NCBI GenBank assembly: GCA_963850305.1
Contig: CAWKKR010000001.1
Span: forward strand, 64,001-128,000
Length of the DNA: 64,000 bases
From: an uncultured delta proteobacterium
GTDB lineage: Bacteria; Myxococcota_A; Polyangia; Polyangiales; Polyangiaceae
Reading direction: 5' to 3'
The translations under genes and the position numbers were made by a program. Below the pieces are notes generated by a model. It saw only the letters and a program-made list of their open reading frames with translations. It made no database searches and had not been told where the DNA came from. Within the stretch, counting starts at the first letter, position 1, and the number at the start of each line of letters is the position of its first letter. Shown here in pieces: positions 1-9,896 of this stretch.

Positions 1-122
1 GGCCCCGCCGTGACATTTGTTCTCAGAAATCCTGGTGTTTTGCCAGGAGCGACGTAGATCTGCGATCCTACTCGCAATGACTAATCCCTGGAGTTAAGCT
101 TCGGGTTCTTCGTGTTTCGGCG

Positions 123-138
123 TGGCGTCCGCTACGCT
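123..138 (+). promoter_or_regulatory. possible sigma54 (-24/-12) promoter of the PEGA gene
   Basis: TGGCGTCCGCTACGCT has GG-N10-GC spacing. It lies about 45 nt upstream of ATG183 and about 100 nt downstream of a TGACA-N5-TCTCA near-palindrome at 11-25. The -12 element is weak. Confidence 0.3.
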
Positions 139-182
139 TGACCGACCAGCTGGTTCATTCGCCTGAGACCATTCCTGCCGCC

Positions 183-1893
183 ATGCGTGAAAAGGGCAGC
201 TCCGACCTCGACATCTTCCAGGGCCTCACGAAAGGGCCCGGTACCGCGGCCGCCAATGCACCCGCAGCGGCTCCCGCGCCTCCCCCTCCCGTGAAGCAGA
301 AAACACTGCTTGGACTGCAAGCCCCTGGTTTCCCGGCAGCTAACCGTGGAGGAGTCGCACCGATTCATTCCGCGCCGCCGGCCATGCCCAGCCGTGCTGC
401 GAGCTTGCCCCCTCCCCCGCCGCCATCGAGAGGAAACGGTCCCCCTCCAATGGCAAGCGGCGTTGGAAGTGCGCGCCCAATGTCCACATCCGGCGTCTCC
501 ATGCCGCCGGCCAAAGCTCCCGCCGGCGCCCCCGCCGCCGTCGACATGGACTGGGACGACGAAGACGAGCAGACGACAATCTACGACAAGATGGGCGAGG
601 GGGATGGGGCTCGTTCCCTGCTGGAGGGAAGTGCGCCCCCACCGGCTCCGTTACCGGCCGCGGGGATGCCGGCTCCGTCGATGCCGCCAGGTCGTATTCC
701 TGCGCCGGCGCCTCCGACGCGACAGAATCCACCGAGCGCCTGTCGCGGTGCCCCCTTCAATCTCACAGCCCATGCAGCAGGCGGCCCCGATGCCGCAGAT
801 GCTGGGCGCGGATCGGCGCTCGAGCATGTTCACGGCGATCGGTGTGGCCGCTGCCGTCGCCCTGGTCGTTGGCGCTTTGCTACTCGTCCTTTGGCCGCGT
901 GCGGGCTCCCTCGTCGTGACGGTGTCGGGACCCGGCAATAAGCCTCTGGACGCCGTCGAGATCATGGTCAACGGCGAGAAAAAGTGTGCGAGTTCGCCGT
1001 GCACGATCGAGGGACTGAAGGCGGACACCTATTACGTGCGTGCGCACGCGGCCGGATATCAGGCCATGGCGGATCTCGCTGTCGCCGTGGCTGGGGGCGG
1101 CAGGGCCGTGCAGAATCTCACGCTCGTCCGAGCGCTCGGCACGGGCATCAAGGTCATCGGTGAAGGTACCGGGCTCAAGCTCTACGTCGATGGCCGCGAA
1201 ATCGGCCCGCTCCCCCAGGAGATCAAGGACATGGATCCGGGGGAACATCTCGTCCGCGTCGCGGGCAGCGATCGATTCGAACCCTTCGAAAAGCGGGTCA
1301 CGGTCGAGGCCGAGCAGATGCAGACGATTGGACCGCTGAAACTTCGTGTCCTCAAGGGCCTGGCCACGATCGTTCCCGGCGCCGGCGCCGACGGAGCCAG
1401 GGTCATCCTCATCAGCGGGTCCGATCGACGGACCCTGCCGAGATTGCCGATCACGCTCGATATTCCAACGAGTGAACCGCACACGCTCGTCGCAACGCGA
1501 CGCGGATACGAACAGTTCAAGCTACCGATCCTGTTCGACGACGGCGAGGTGGAAAAGACGTTCGAGGTTGCCATGGCGCCGATCGGCAGCGGAGGCGGTG
1601 TCTCTCCGTCACCGATGGTTCAGACGTCTGCACCCTCGCCGCGCACGTTCACGCCGGAGCCCACATACACACCGGCGCCCGTCAGCGCGGCCGGCCCTGG
1701 GACGCTCAACATCAACTCGATTCCCATGTCGACCATCATCCTGGACGGGCGTCCCCTCGGTCAAACACCGAAGGTCGGTCAACGTGTCTCGGCCGGGACG
1801 CACACGGTCGTGTTCATGAAAGACGGCACGCGAAAGATCGCCTCGGTCTCCGTGAGCTCGGGGCAGACGAAAACGGTGGCGGTCCGCTTCTGA
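183..1893 (+). CDS. PEGA-domain membrane protein (Pro-rich N-terminus, one TM helix, several PEGA-like repeats); +1 frameshift near 735
   Basis: ORF 138..941 supplies MREKGSSDLDIF...MDWDDEDEQTTIYDK...QNPP. ORF 310..1893 continues APVAVPP, a TM helix (AIGVAAAVALVVGALLLVLW) and PEGA-like units (KLYVDGREIGPLP; GTLNINSIPMSTIILDGRPLGQTP). Removing A735 joins them. Confidence 0.7.
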
Positions 1894-1895
1894 CC

Positions 1896-2828
1896 TCACT
1901 CCGTCGAGGGGTCGACCTGAGCGGCCCAGTCGCGGAACGTCGTGGCGCACGTGGCCTTCGCAGCGGGGGCCGCCCCCGCACAGGCAGCTGTATCCACGCT
2001 CGGCCCGAGGATGAGCATCATGTCCTTGGAGATGAATGGAAGGTCGCCCTTCCACACCGCCCGAAACATGTCCTTCCGGCGCAGCTCCAGATCTCGTTCT
2101 CGCTCGCCCAGTTTTTCTCGCAAGAAGCCGAGAGCTAGTTTTTCGACGTGCGGATCGTCCGTGACGGCGAGCAACCGGCGCATCGACTCGATCGCCGCCT
2201 CGCGCTCACCCACGCGTTCGAGCAGAGGCCCGGCCGTCACGCAGTTGTACGGGACGTTCGCGTTCTTGTCCGTCAGCTCGCACGCCCGCGCGAGAACCTT
2301 CGCCCCCTCGAGCCTGAACGACTCCCTGAGCTTCGGATCGGCAAGCTGCATCGGCGCGAGGTACGTCAGATATTGTCCCGCCGTCAGCCAGAGCTCCGTG
2401 TCATAGGGTAAATTCCGCATCCCCCGTTCGAGGATCTCTCGCGCCTTCAGGTATTCCTTGAGACGGGGTGGCTCGGGAGCCATCACGAGCAGTGTGTCCG
2501 CGAACCGATAGGGCTCCCGAAAGGTCGGGTCGAGCGCGTTGATCGTGTCGAGATATTCTCCTACGAACTCGAACCGTCGGTTCTCCTGAAAGTGCAGGCC
2601 GTAAGAAACGAGGACGCTCGCGAAGAGGGCGCCGGCAAGCGCAGACCGGTAGCCGAGGCTCGCGACGACCATGTCTTCGGGCGGGGCCAGTGGGTACACG
2701 TCCGACTTGACCCGCAACCGATGGAACCTCTCGGCGGCCACGGGTCGGACCAGGCCGACGACGAGCGCCGCCGCACCGATGACTGCGTACGCCGGCGCGG
2801 CCCGGCGGAACGCGTGTGGAGCGCTCAC
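1896..2828 (-). CDS. PilG-like (myxobacterial) pilin-cluster accessory protein with N-terminal TM and TPR-like helices
   Basis: Directly downstream of the pilin genes, with GTG2828 overlapping the upstream stop. The motif DTINALDPTFREPY...AREILERG resembles the protein that follows pilA in Myxococcus (from recall). Confidence 0.55.
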   Translation of the reverse strand: MSAPHAFRRAAPAYAVIGAAALVVGLVRPVAAERFHRLRVKSDVYPLAPPEDMVVASLGYRSALAGALFASVLVSYGLHFQENRRFEFVGEYLDTINALDPTFREPYRFADTLLVMAPEPPRLKEYLKAREILERGMRNLPYDTELWLTAGQYLTYLAPMQLADPKLRESFRLEGAKVLARACELTDKNANVPYNCVTAGPLLERVGEREAAIESMRRLLAVTDDPHVEKLALGFLREKLGERERDLELRRKDMFRAVWKGDLPFISKDMMLILGPSVDTAACAGAAPAAKATCATTFRDWAAQVDPSTE

Positions 2829-3310
2829 TCGACCTCGCGCCACGACTCCAGTGGCTTCACGGTCGGCTCGGCTCCGTCGCGCGACTCACCGGACACCTGG
2901 AACGTGCTGAGCAGGCCGTCACCATCGAGATCGCCGTGCGCCGTTGCCTGGAACGTGGCGACGCCGGGCGCGTTCCGGCTCTCGAATTCGAAGCTGTACG
3001 AGTGCGCCACATCGAATGAAAAGTCGAGCTCGCGCCAGGTCGGTGCGTCCCAGGTGCCGGGCGGATCTACCATCGGCACTCCTCTCGCGACGTGTTCGGG
3101 GGTCAGTGGGACGGACTCCGGATAGGCTTCCGCCGCAGGTTTGGCCGCCGCAAGCGCCGTCGCGTGCGCGGAGATGCGCGAGAGACCATCGATCGGCTCC
3201 GAAAGCCGTGACGCATGCAGATTGGTGAAGAATGTCGGGATCGCGACGGCCAGGACCGACCCAAGAATGGAAACCCCCGACGCGGCTTCGAGTGGACTCA
3301 GCGGGCGCAC
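2825..3310 (-). CDS. type IV pilin-like protein with atypical cleavage site
   Basis: MRP-LSPLEAASGVSILGSVLAVAIPTF hydrophobic N-helix with Glu at +5. C-terminal AHGDLDGDG motif is shared with the neighbouring pilins. Start placed at GTG3310 because 3361 lies in the pilA terminator. Confidence 0.7.
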   Translation of the reverse strand: MRPLSPLEAASGVSILGSVLAVAIPTFFTNLHASRLSEPIDGLSRISAHATALAAAKPAAEAYPESVPLTPEHVARGVPMVDPPGTWDAPTWRELDFSFDVAHSYSFEFESRNAPGVATFQATAHGDLDGDGLLSTFQVSGESRDGAEPTVKPLESWREVE

Positions 3311-3360
3311 GCCACGTAGCCTATCACCGGTCTCTCCGTTCGGAGCGCTCGAGAAGTCCA

Positions 3361-3397
3361 AAATGAAAAACGCCCCGGGCCGTAGATGCCCGGGGCG
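3361..3397 (-). terminator. Rho-independent terminator after pilA
   Basis: CGCCCCGGGC-N7-GCCCGGGGCG 10-bp stem (3371-3397), followed on the minus strand by TTTTTCATTT. Confidence 0.85.
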
Positions 3398-3418
3398 TCT
3401 TCCACTCGAGAGGGACGC

Positions 3419-4006
3419 TTATTCGTCCGGTTGGCTCTCGAGAATGTTCGGGGCGATCGTGACGACGAGCGTGTTGTTCGTCGAGTCCTTCTGGATCTGC
3501 CCGAGGAGCGTGAACGATGACAGGATGGTGTTGCCATCGAGGTCGCCTTGAGCTCCCGCGGTGAAGATGTCGTTGGCCGCGCCGAGCGTGCCCGATGAAG
3601 TGTACGAGTACATGTAGTACTGCGGATCCTGCATCGTGAACTTGACGCACGTCCAGCCGCTCGACTGATCGCCAGTCGACCACTCGCTCGGCTGCGACTG
3701 GTACTTCTTCCCCTGGATATCGGCCGCAGCGTTGGGAACGGTGGTCGTCGACCCACCACAGAGGTGATTCGTGACGCCAGTGCTGGCTCCCATTCCCAGC
3801 ACCGCCGCGGACATTCCTTCACGGTTGTACGCAGCGGCAGCGTCCTTCGCCATCTGACCGATGCTGTTCCGCGCCTCCGCCGTCTTCGAGTTCAAGATGT
3901 ACTTGCGGACACCGTAGATGGCGAGTGCCGCCAGAACGCCGATGATCGCGACCACGATCATCAATTCGACCAGTGTGAATCCTCGCTTGCCCTTTATCGC
4001 ACGCAT
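3419..4006 (-). CDS. pilA: type IV major pilin
   Basis: MRAIKGKRG|FTLVELMIVVAIIGVLAALAI class III signal peptide, strong RBS (AGGAG at 4020-4016), its own terminator, a Cys pair, and a Ser/Thr/Gly-rich head domain. Confidence 0.85.
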   Translation of the reverse strand: MRAIKGKRGFTLVELMIVVAIIGVLAALAIYGVRKYILNSKTAEARNSIGQMAKDAAAAYNREGMSAAVLGMGASTGVTNHLCGGSTTTVPNAAADIQGKKYQSQPSEWSTGDQSSGWTCVKFTMQDPQYYMYSYTSSGTLGAANDIFTAGAQGDLDGNTILSSFTLLGQIQKDSTNNTLVVTIAPNILESQPDE

Positions 4007-4118
4007 TTTTCTTTTCTCCTTCGGTGACTGGGTGGGTCTCTTGCTTCCTTGCGCCGGCGGGCCACCCATTCACCCGCACTGCGTTTCCAAACTCTGCCGG
4101 CAGAGCGCCGGAGAAACG

Positions 4119-4700
4119 TTACTCTTGCTTGATGTAGACCTCGTTGGTCAGACTGTGACTCATCACGTAAGTGTCGTTGTCGCCGCTGCCGTCGAGGTCC
4201 GCCCTGGCAAGCGCCACGTACGTCCACTGGGACGCCGCGCCGGAGAGGCCGAACGCCGAGTTGGACTTGCCGAGATCCGTCGGGAGCGTGGGGATGTTGG
4301 AGCCCGGGGCAACTGCGACGCAGGCGTACTCGAACAGGACGGGGCCGTCCGGTTGAACGCCGAGCGTCGCCCAATTCTTCGCCGCCGTGCTCGTACCACC
4401 TCCCCATTGCACTTTCGTGGTTCCAGGACCGCCCCCCGACGGCCACGTCGGATACCAGTTCGACTCCGCGGCAAAGTCGCTGGACACGTCCAGATAGACG
4501 AACGTCTCTCCCTTGAACGCCTCCTCGGCGCTCTTGATCGTCGTCATCATGGCCGTTGCCTCCCCAGTCTTCGACGCCATGATGTATTTCCGGACGCCGT
4601 ACACCGCGAGCGTGGCGAGAATGCCGATCAGGATGACGACGGTCATCATCTCGATGAGGGTGAACCCTCGAAGGCTGGAGCGAGATTGGGAGACGATCAC
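4119..4700 (-). CDS. type IV pilin paralogue
   Basis: LRG|FTLIEMMTVVILIGILATLAVYGVRKYIMASKTGEA. True start is probably GTG4700 or 4706, because 4720-4736 is a sigma54 promoter. Confidence 0.85.
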   Translation of the reverse strand: MIVSQSRSSLRGFTLIEMMTVVILIGILATLAVYGVRKYIMASKTGEATAMMTTIKSAEEAFKGETFVYLDVSSDFAAESNWYPTWPSGGGPGTTKVQWGGGTSTAAKNWATLGVQPDGPVLFEYACVAVAPGSNIPTLPTDLGKSNSAFGLSGAASQWTYVALARADLDGSGDNDTYVMSHSLTNEVYIKQE

Positions 4701-4719
4701 GACCACGGCACTGGTCGGA

Positions 4720-4735
4720 AGCAGCCCCCGTGCCA
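4720..4735 (-). promoter_or_regulatory. sigma54 promoter
   Basis: Minus strand reads TGGCACGGGGGCTGCT, a near-perfect match to TGGCACG-N4-TTGCW. Confidence 0.8.
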
Positions 4736-4820
4736 ACGCGGCCGAATCGATTGCCTACATCGCCATACCGCCGTCGTTCGCGACGATTCGTCCGCTCCGA
4801 GCGCGAGTGGACGGCTCAAG

Positions 4821-4835
4821 TGACAAAAATTGTCA
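4821..4835. promoter_or_regulatory. palindromic enhancer-like site TGACA-N5-TGTCA (candidate PilR UAS)
   Basis: Perfect inverted repeat TGACAAAAATTGTCA about 85 bp upstream of the sigma54 promoter at 4735. Confidence 0.55.
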
Positions 4836-4928
4836 GCGGCAGGGGCGAGCGACCGACAATCTCCGCCACCCACACGGGAGCAGCGCCGCGCAGGGGTGCG
4901 CACAGACCGCGGCCGCACGTCAGGCGCC

Positions 4929-5541
4929 CTATTCGCCGTCGTTCTCGTGGTAAACGTCCGCGCGAACGCTCGACGCCAGGAACTTGGAATACACCTGATC
5001 GCCGTTCGCATCGGCGATCGCCTGAATGACGTACCAGTGCTCGGTGTTCGTAGGCCATCCACTCCACCCCGTCGGCCTCGCGAGGGAGTCCGGTTCCGTC
5101 ATCACCTGGGAAGGGGGGCCCGCCGTCACCATGAAACTGAACTCGGTTGGACCCGGGATCGTCGGATTCAAGAGCTTCCAGCGACAATCATCCGTGTCGG
5201 GCAAGGGGATGCCACACACACCCGTGTTGTAGAAGGCGTGTTTCGTCAGAACCGAGGAATTGTGCCCCGACGTGGCGGGGTCCGTGCCCGGAAGCACCGG
5301 GTACCAGCTCGACGTCCGTGTGACGTTCAGGTACATCAAGTTGTCGGCTTTCCAGCGTTCTTCGGCCGCACGAATGCTCTGGATCATCGCCAATGCATCC
5401 GCGGGCTTCGAATCCATAGACATACTTGCGAAAGGAGGTGACCCCGATCACGCTCAGAATGCTCATGATGACCACGACGACCAACAGCTCGACCAGCGTG
5501 AAGCCACGCACAGCCGCGCGAGGACGAACTCGGCCTCTCAT
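4929..5541 (-). CDS. type IV pilin paralogue, frameshifted at 5418
   Basis: MRGRVRPRAAVRG|FTLVELLVVVVIMSILSVIGVTSFRKYV then one extra base, then MDSKPADALAM. The joined RKYVMDSK aligns with RKYIMASK and RKYILNSK of the neighbours. Confidence 0.8.
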
Positions 5542-5558
5542 GAAGTTGCTAGCAAGCA

Positions 5559-5574
5559 TGCGAAACGCGTTCCA
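5559..5574 (-). promoter_or_regulatory. probable sigma54 promoter
   Basis: Minus strand TGGAACGCGTTTCGCA (GG-N10-GC), ending 18 nt upstream of ATG5541. Confidence 0.55.
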
Positions 5575-5642
5575 ACTTGTCGAACGATAGCACCCCGGAC
5601 GTCGCGGGCCGAAAATCGGAGCAATCCGGAAGGGGCGGAGGC

Positions 5643-7082
5643 CTACTGATTCGCCGGGTCTAGCCCACTCTCCCCTACATCATCGGTGTCGACGTCGAGC
5701 CCATGTTTTTCGAGGCGGTAGCGAAGGGATCGAAAGGTGATACCGAGCAACTTCGCGGCGGCAGTGCGCAGCCCGCCGGTGCGCTCGAGCGCATCGACGA
5801 GGAGTCGTCGCTCGAGCTCGTTGAGGACTTCGTCGAGTAAACAGCCCTCTGCAGGGAGAGTCGCGAAGGAATGGGACGCGGAAGCGGCCATACCGCTCAC
5901 CTCGCGTGGGAAATCGCCGAGACCTATCGTACGCGCACTCGCCAGGGCGACGGCGCGTTCGATCATGTTCTCCAGCTCACGAACGTTGCCGGGAAAGGCG
6001 TAGCGCTCGAACGCCCTCAGGGCATCCGGACTGAGCGAAGAGACCTCCTTTCCCATCTCCCGGGTGTAACGGTGAAGAAACCGTTCCGTCAGAATCGCGA
6101 TGTCCTCGCGTCGTTCGCGAAGCGGGGGCAGCTCGACCCTGATCACGTTGAGGCGATAGTAGAGGTCCTGCCGAAACTTCCCGGACGACACGTCGGCTTC
6201 GACGTCCCGGTTCGTGGCGGCGAGGAGACGTACGTCGACGTTCACCTCGGTCGTCGCCCCCACCGCCCGGACCTTCTTCTCCTGAAGCACACGCAGGAGC
6301 TTGACCTGCAAGCTCGTCGGTAGCTCGCCAATCTCGTCCAGGAGAACGCTGCCTCCCTCGGCATTGCGGAAGATGCCGGCGTTCTTCGCTGTCGCACCGG
6401 TGAACGCCCCCTTCTCGTGGCCAAAGAGTTCGCTCTCCATCAGGGCTTCGGGAAGCGCGCCGCAGTTGACGACGAGGAACGGCTTTCCGGCTCGCTCGGA
6501 TTGCTCGTGAATCGCGCGCGCGATTCGCTCCTTTCCGGTTCCGCTTTCCCCCGTGATGAGCACGGTGGTCCGTGTCCTTGCGACCCGACTCACCAGGTCG
6601 AGCACCGCCCGCATCGCGGGGCTCCGCCCGACGACCATCGAGTCGTCGCGAGCCTCGTATTGCGCGCGCAGACGCGCGTTCTCCTCACGGAGAGACCGCT
6701 TTTCGAGCGCCTTCGTGACGAGCGCCGCAAGCTCGAGCGGATCGAAGGGCTTGGTGACGAAGTCGTACGCGCCGTTCCGCATCGCGACGATGGCATTATC
6801 GACGGACGAGTGCGCGGTGATGAGGATGACCTCCGTTGAGCTCGATCGCGCCTTCGCCGCGGCGAGTACGTCGAGGCCCGTCCCGTCCGGCATCGCGAGG
6901 TCAGTGAGCACGACGGGGAATGGCTGCGGGCTCTGCGCGATCGCCTCGAACGCGAGCCGCGCGCCTGGAGCCGAGATCACTTCGTGCCCCTCGCGGCGGA
7001 AGAGGATCTCCAGCATTTGCCTGAGCGCGGGTTCGTCGTCGACGACCAGCAATCGATTGGGTTGCGAAACGAGCGACTCCAT
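5643..7082 (-). CDS. pilR: sigma54-dependent NtrC-family response regulator (PilR-like)
   Basis: REC domain (LLVVDDE...LTDLAMP), Walker A GESGTGKE, GAFTGA, Walker B LLDEIG, C-terminal Fis HTH. Lies directly upstream of the pilin genes. Confidence 0.8.
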   Translation of the reverse strand: MESLVSQPNRLLVVDDEPALRQMLEILFRREGHEVISAPGARLAFEAIAQSPQPFPVVLTDLAMPDGTGLDVLAAAKARSSSTEVILITAHSSVDNAIVAMRNGAYDFVTKPFDPLELAALVTKALEKRSLREENARLRAQYEARDDSMVVGRSPAMRAVLDLVSRVARTRTTVLITGESGTGKERIARAIHEQSERAGKPFLVVNCGALPEALMESELFGHEKGAFTGATAKNAGIFRNAEGGSVLLDEIGELPTSLQVKLLRVLQEKKVRAVGATTEVNVDVRLLAATNRDVEADVSSGKFRQDLYYRLNVIRVELPPLRERREDIAILTERFLHRYTREMGKEVSSLSPDALRAFERYAFPGNVRELENMIERAVALASARTIGLGDFPREVSGMAASASHSFATLPAEGCLLDEVLNELERRLLVDALERTGGLRTAAAKLLGITFRSLRYRLEKHGLDVDTDDVGESGLDPANQ

Positions 7083-7207
7083 TCTCGGCGAAATCGAAGC
7101 GGGACTCCGGTCCGGAAGATCTCGGACCTCGCCCTGAGGCGGAACATACTCGAGTTTCGGAGCTCGGAGGGGTGGCAGTGACCCAGATCCGTTGTACGAC
7201 TCGGGTC

Positions 7208-8249
7208 GTGGCGAACCGCACGCCAGCCGACGTGCGCCTCGGCGCAAAATGGACTGTCGCTCAGGAGTTCAAGAATTTCTTCATCGTGTGCGCCGTGCGG
7301 GCTGGCCTGATCATCAGCGGATCGCCTTCCCGAGCGCGTCCTCCTCGCGGTGGGACGTGGCCTGGGACGCCTCGCTCGAGTGCTCTTCGGCGACGCGCGA
7401 AGGATCGCAGTTGAAAACGCCGTGGAGGCTCTTGCGCCCGAGGATGCGGCCATCGTCGCGCGCACTTGCTTCGAGCGCGCCGGGCAAAATCTGGCAATCT
7501 CGCTCCTGCTCCGTCGCAGACGCACCCGAGCCCTCGACTGGGTCGAGGTGCCGGACTCTTCGCGTGCTTGCCTCGTTGACGCCTTGGCGCGCGGGCGCGG
7601 CGCCATCTTCGTGTGCGCACACCTCGGTCCGTTCGAGCTCGTGCCAGCCGCCCTCGCTGAACTCGGCATCGCTCCGACCATCGTCGTTCGTGAAAGCTAC
7701 GACCCTCGATTGGACGAGTGGGTCGACGCTCATCGTCGAGCTCGCGGAGCGCAGGTGATCCACCGGGGCGACAGCGGGGCTGCCGCTGGCATCGTCCGCG
7801 CACTCCGCGCCGGACGACCAATCGGTCTCCTTCCAGATCTAGGGGGCCGCGTTCCGTCGACTGCAACGACCTTCCTCGGTTCAACCGTCGCCTTCCCTAT
7901 TGGTCCCGCCCATTTGGCATGCCGCCTGGGCTGCCCCCTGGTGGTCGGAACACTGGTGTCGCGTTCCGGGCCCGGGGTCGGTACCCTGTCCTTCGAGCTT
8001 CGAATCCGCGAGCTCGACACGGACGCTCCCCTCACCGAACTGACGCAACGCATTGCGCAAGCCCTGGAATCGGAGATCCTGCGCGTGCCCGAAGAGTGGC
8101 TTTGGATGGCAAACCGCCGCCGGCTGGACCTCCAGCACGACGACCAGCGCGAGCCCGTGGAGAAGCTCGCCGCGGGCCTCGAGATCTCCCCCGGGGAACA
8201 ATCTGCTCGAGTAGTGTTATCGTTGTCGGCTAATTCAAGATCCGCATGA
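7208..8249 (+). CDS. LpxL/HtrB-family (lipid A late) acyltransferase; +1 frameshift at 7316
   Basis: CAHLGPFEL (H-x4-E), GLLPD and PEEWLWM motifs. The N-terminus VANRTPADVRLGAKW...GLII joins ADRLPERVLL after removing A7316. Confidence 0.75.
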
Positions 8250-9886
8250 CGGGAAACGCGCCTGGGAGTCGAGATGTGACACAGGGCGAACAGGGCAAGG
8301 CGACTTACACGCCGACGCTTATCGCAACGGTGAACGTGCGTGCGCTCCCGATTGGCCCGCTCGAAGCCTTCGTGCTGTCCCGGGTAGACGGGCAAGCCAC
8401 GGATGCCGGGATCGCGCTGGCGACGGGGCTTGCCGTCGCGGAGGTCGAGGCAACGCTCTCTCGACTCGCGACGCTGGGCGCCGTCAACTACCGTGACCCT
8501 CGGCCATCCGGGACGAACCCCACTCCACCGACTCAGGCGGGCGAGCTCTCGGGAATGCACGAGCGGATCCGGGATCCGGCGATCATCGACGCGTCGCCTC
8601 ATCCCTTCGTCGACCGCACGGAACTCGACGAGCCAGCAGACCTCGATCTGGACCGGAAACGCCTCATTTTGGAGACTTACAAGGCGCTTCCCGACTTATC
8701 GCACTACGAGGTCCTTCGGGTCTCGCCGTCCGCCGACAAGAAGGCCATCAAAGCCGCCTACTTCGAAGTCGTGGGCCTTTTCCACCCTGATAAGTACTTC
8801 GGTAAATCGCTCGGCTCCTTCAAGCTCAAGCTCGAGAAGATCTTCACGCGGGTGACCGAGGCGCACGACACCCTCTCGCGGCAGAGCCGCCGAGCGGAGT
8901 ACGACAGTTACCTCGCCAGTCAACGCGCAACTCGCGCTCTCGACAACGTCGTCGACGAGAAAAGCGCCCGCGCGACGCTCGAGGACATTCGTCGTGAGAT
9001 CGAGCGGAAGGCACTTGCAGGGGGCTCCGGCGAAAGGCCGAGCGCTCCCGCGGGTGCGGCACCGCCCCTGCCGGAAACAGGTCTCGTCCGAGACGGAATG
9101 ACAGGTCCGCCAGAACCAAGGCGCCCGTCCTCCAACGACCCCGGGCGCGATCGTGGGCACCCTGTCCCGATCGAGTTTCGGCAAGCCGCGCCAGCGACAG
9201 CCGAAGAAAGGCGTCGAGCCCTTGCTCGAAAGCTCGGCGCGAGCGTCCCGCCCCCTGCACAGCGGGGAATCTCTTCTTCGCCGCCGCCAGCCCAGGGGCC
9301 ATCGGCACAAGAGGTCGCGACGGAATCGTTGCGGCGACGGTACGAAGCTCGGCTGACTCAAGCCCGCGACGAGCAGGTCGGTCGCTACATGAAGCAGGCC
9401 GAACAGGCCATGACCAGCCGCAATCTCACCGCGGCCGCCAACGCCCTCCGCATCGCGGTGTCGCTCGCGCCGGAAAACAAGAGCTTGGGCGAGGAATACG
9501 AGCGAATAGAACGGCTGGCGAGTGCGGCCCTTAGCGACCAGTACCTCGAGCAAGCCCGTTATGACGAGCGCCGTGGCCACTACGCAGAGGCAGCTCAGGC
9601 CTACGAACGCGTGCTCCGAGGGCGGCCGAGTCCACACATCTACAACCGAGCAGCCCACTGCCTTCTCGAGGCGCGAGGCGACGCCAAGCGAGCCGGCGAT
9701 CTGGCACGAAAGGCCGTCGAACTGGCACCCGCCGAGACCGCTTATAGAATAACGCTCGCGCGCGTCTACGCGATGGCGGGAATGGACCAGAGCGCGCTGG
9801 GAGAACTCGAACGGGCGCGCGCGCAGGACCCGAGCGATGATACGATCAAAGACTGGATCAAGCGCGTGAAACGCGGAGAGATCTAA
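8246..9886 (+). CDS. J-domain co-chaperone with N-terminal wHTH-like module and C-terminal TPRs
   Basis: SHYEVLRV...IKAAY...FHPDKY...EAHDTL...RRAEYD J-domain, TPR-like C-terminal helices, immediately upstream of dnaK. Confidence 0.85.
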   Translation: MTGNAPGSRDVTQGEQGKATYTPTLIATVNVRALPIGPLEAFVLSRVDGQATDAGIALATGLAVAEVEATLSRLATLGAVNYRDPRPSGTNPTPPTQAGELSGMHERIRDPAIIDASPHPFVDRTELDEPADLDLDRKRLILETYKALPDLSHYEVLRVSPSADKKAIKAAYFEVVGLFHPDKYFGKSLGSFKLKLEKIFTRVTEAHDTLSRQSRRAEYDSYLASQRATRALDNVVDEKSARATLEDIRREIERKALAGGSGERPSAPAGAAPPLPETGLVRDGMTGPPEPRRPSSNDPGRDRGHPVPIEFRQAAPATAEERRRALARKLGASVPPPAQRGISSSPPPAQGPSAQEVATESLRRRYEARLTQARDEQVGRYMKQAEQAMTSRNLTAAANALRIAVSLAPENKSLGEEYERIERLASAALSDQYLEQARYDERRGHYAEAAQAYERVLRGRPSPHIYNRAAHCLLEARGDAKRAGDLARKAVELAPAETAYRITLARVYAMAGMDQSALGELERARAQDPSDDTIKDWIKRVKRGEI

Positions 9887-9896
9887 AAAGGGCTAC

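Noticed and set aside
4040..4090. sigma54 promoter directly before pilA
   Set aside because: Candidates TGGAAACGCAGTGC and TGGCCCGCCGGCGC have GG-N9-GC spacing, one base short.
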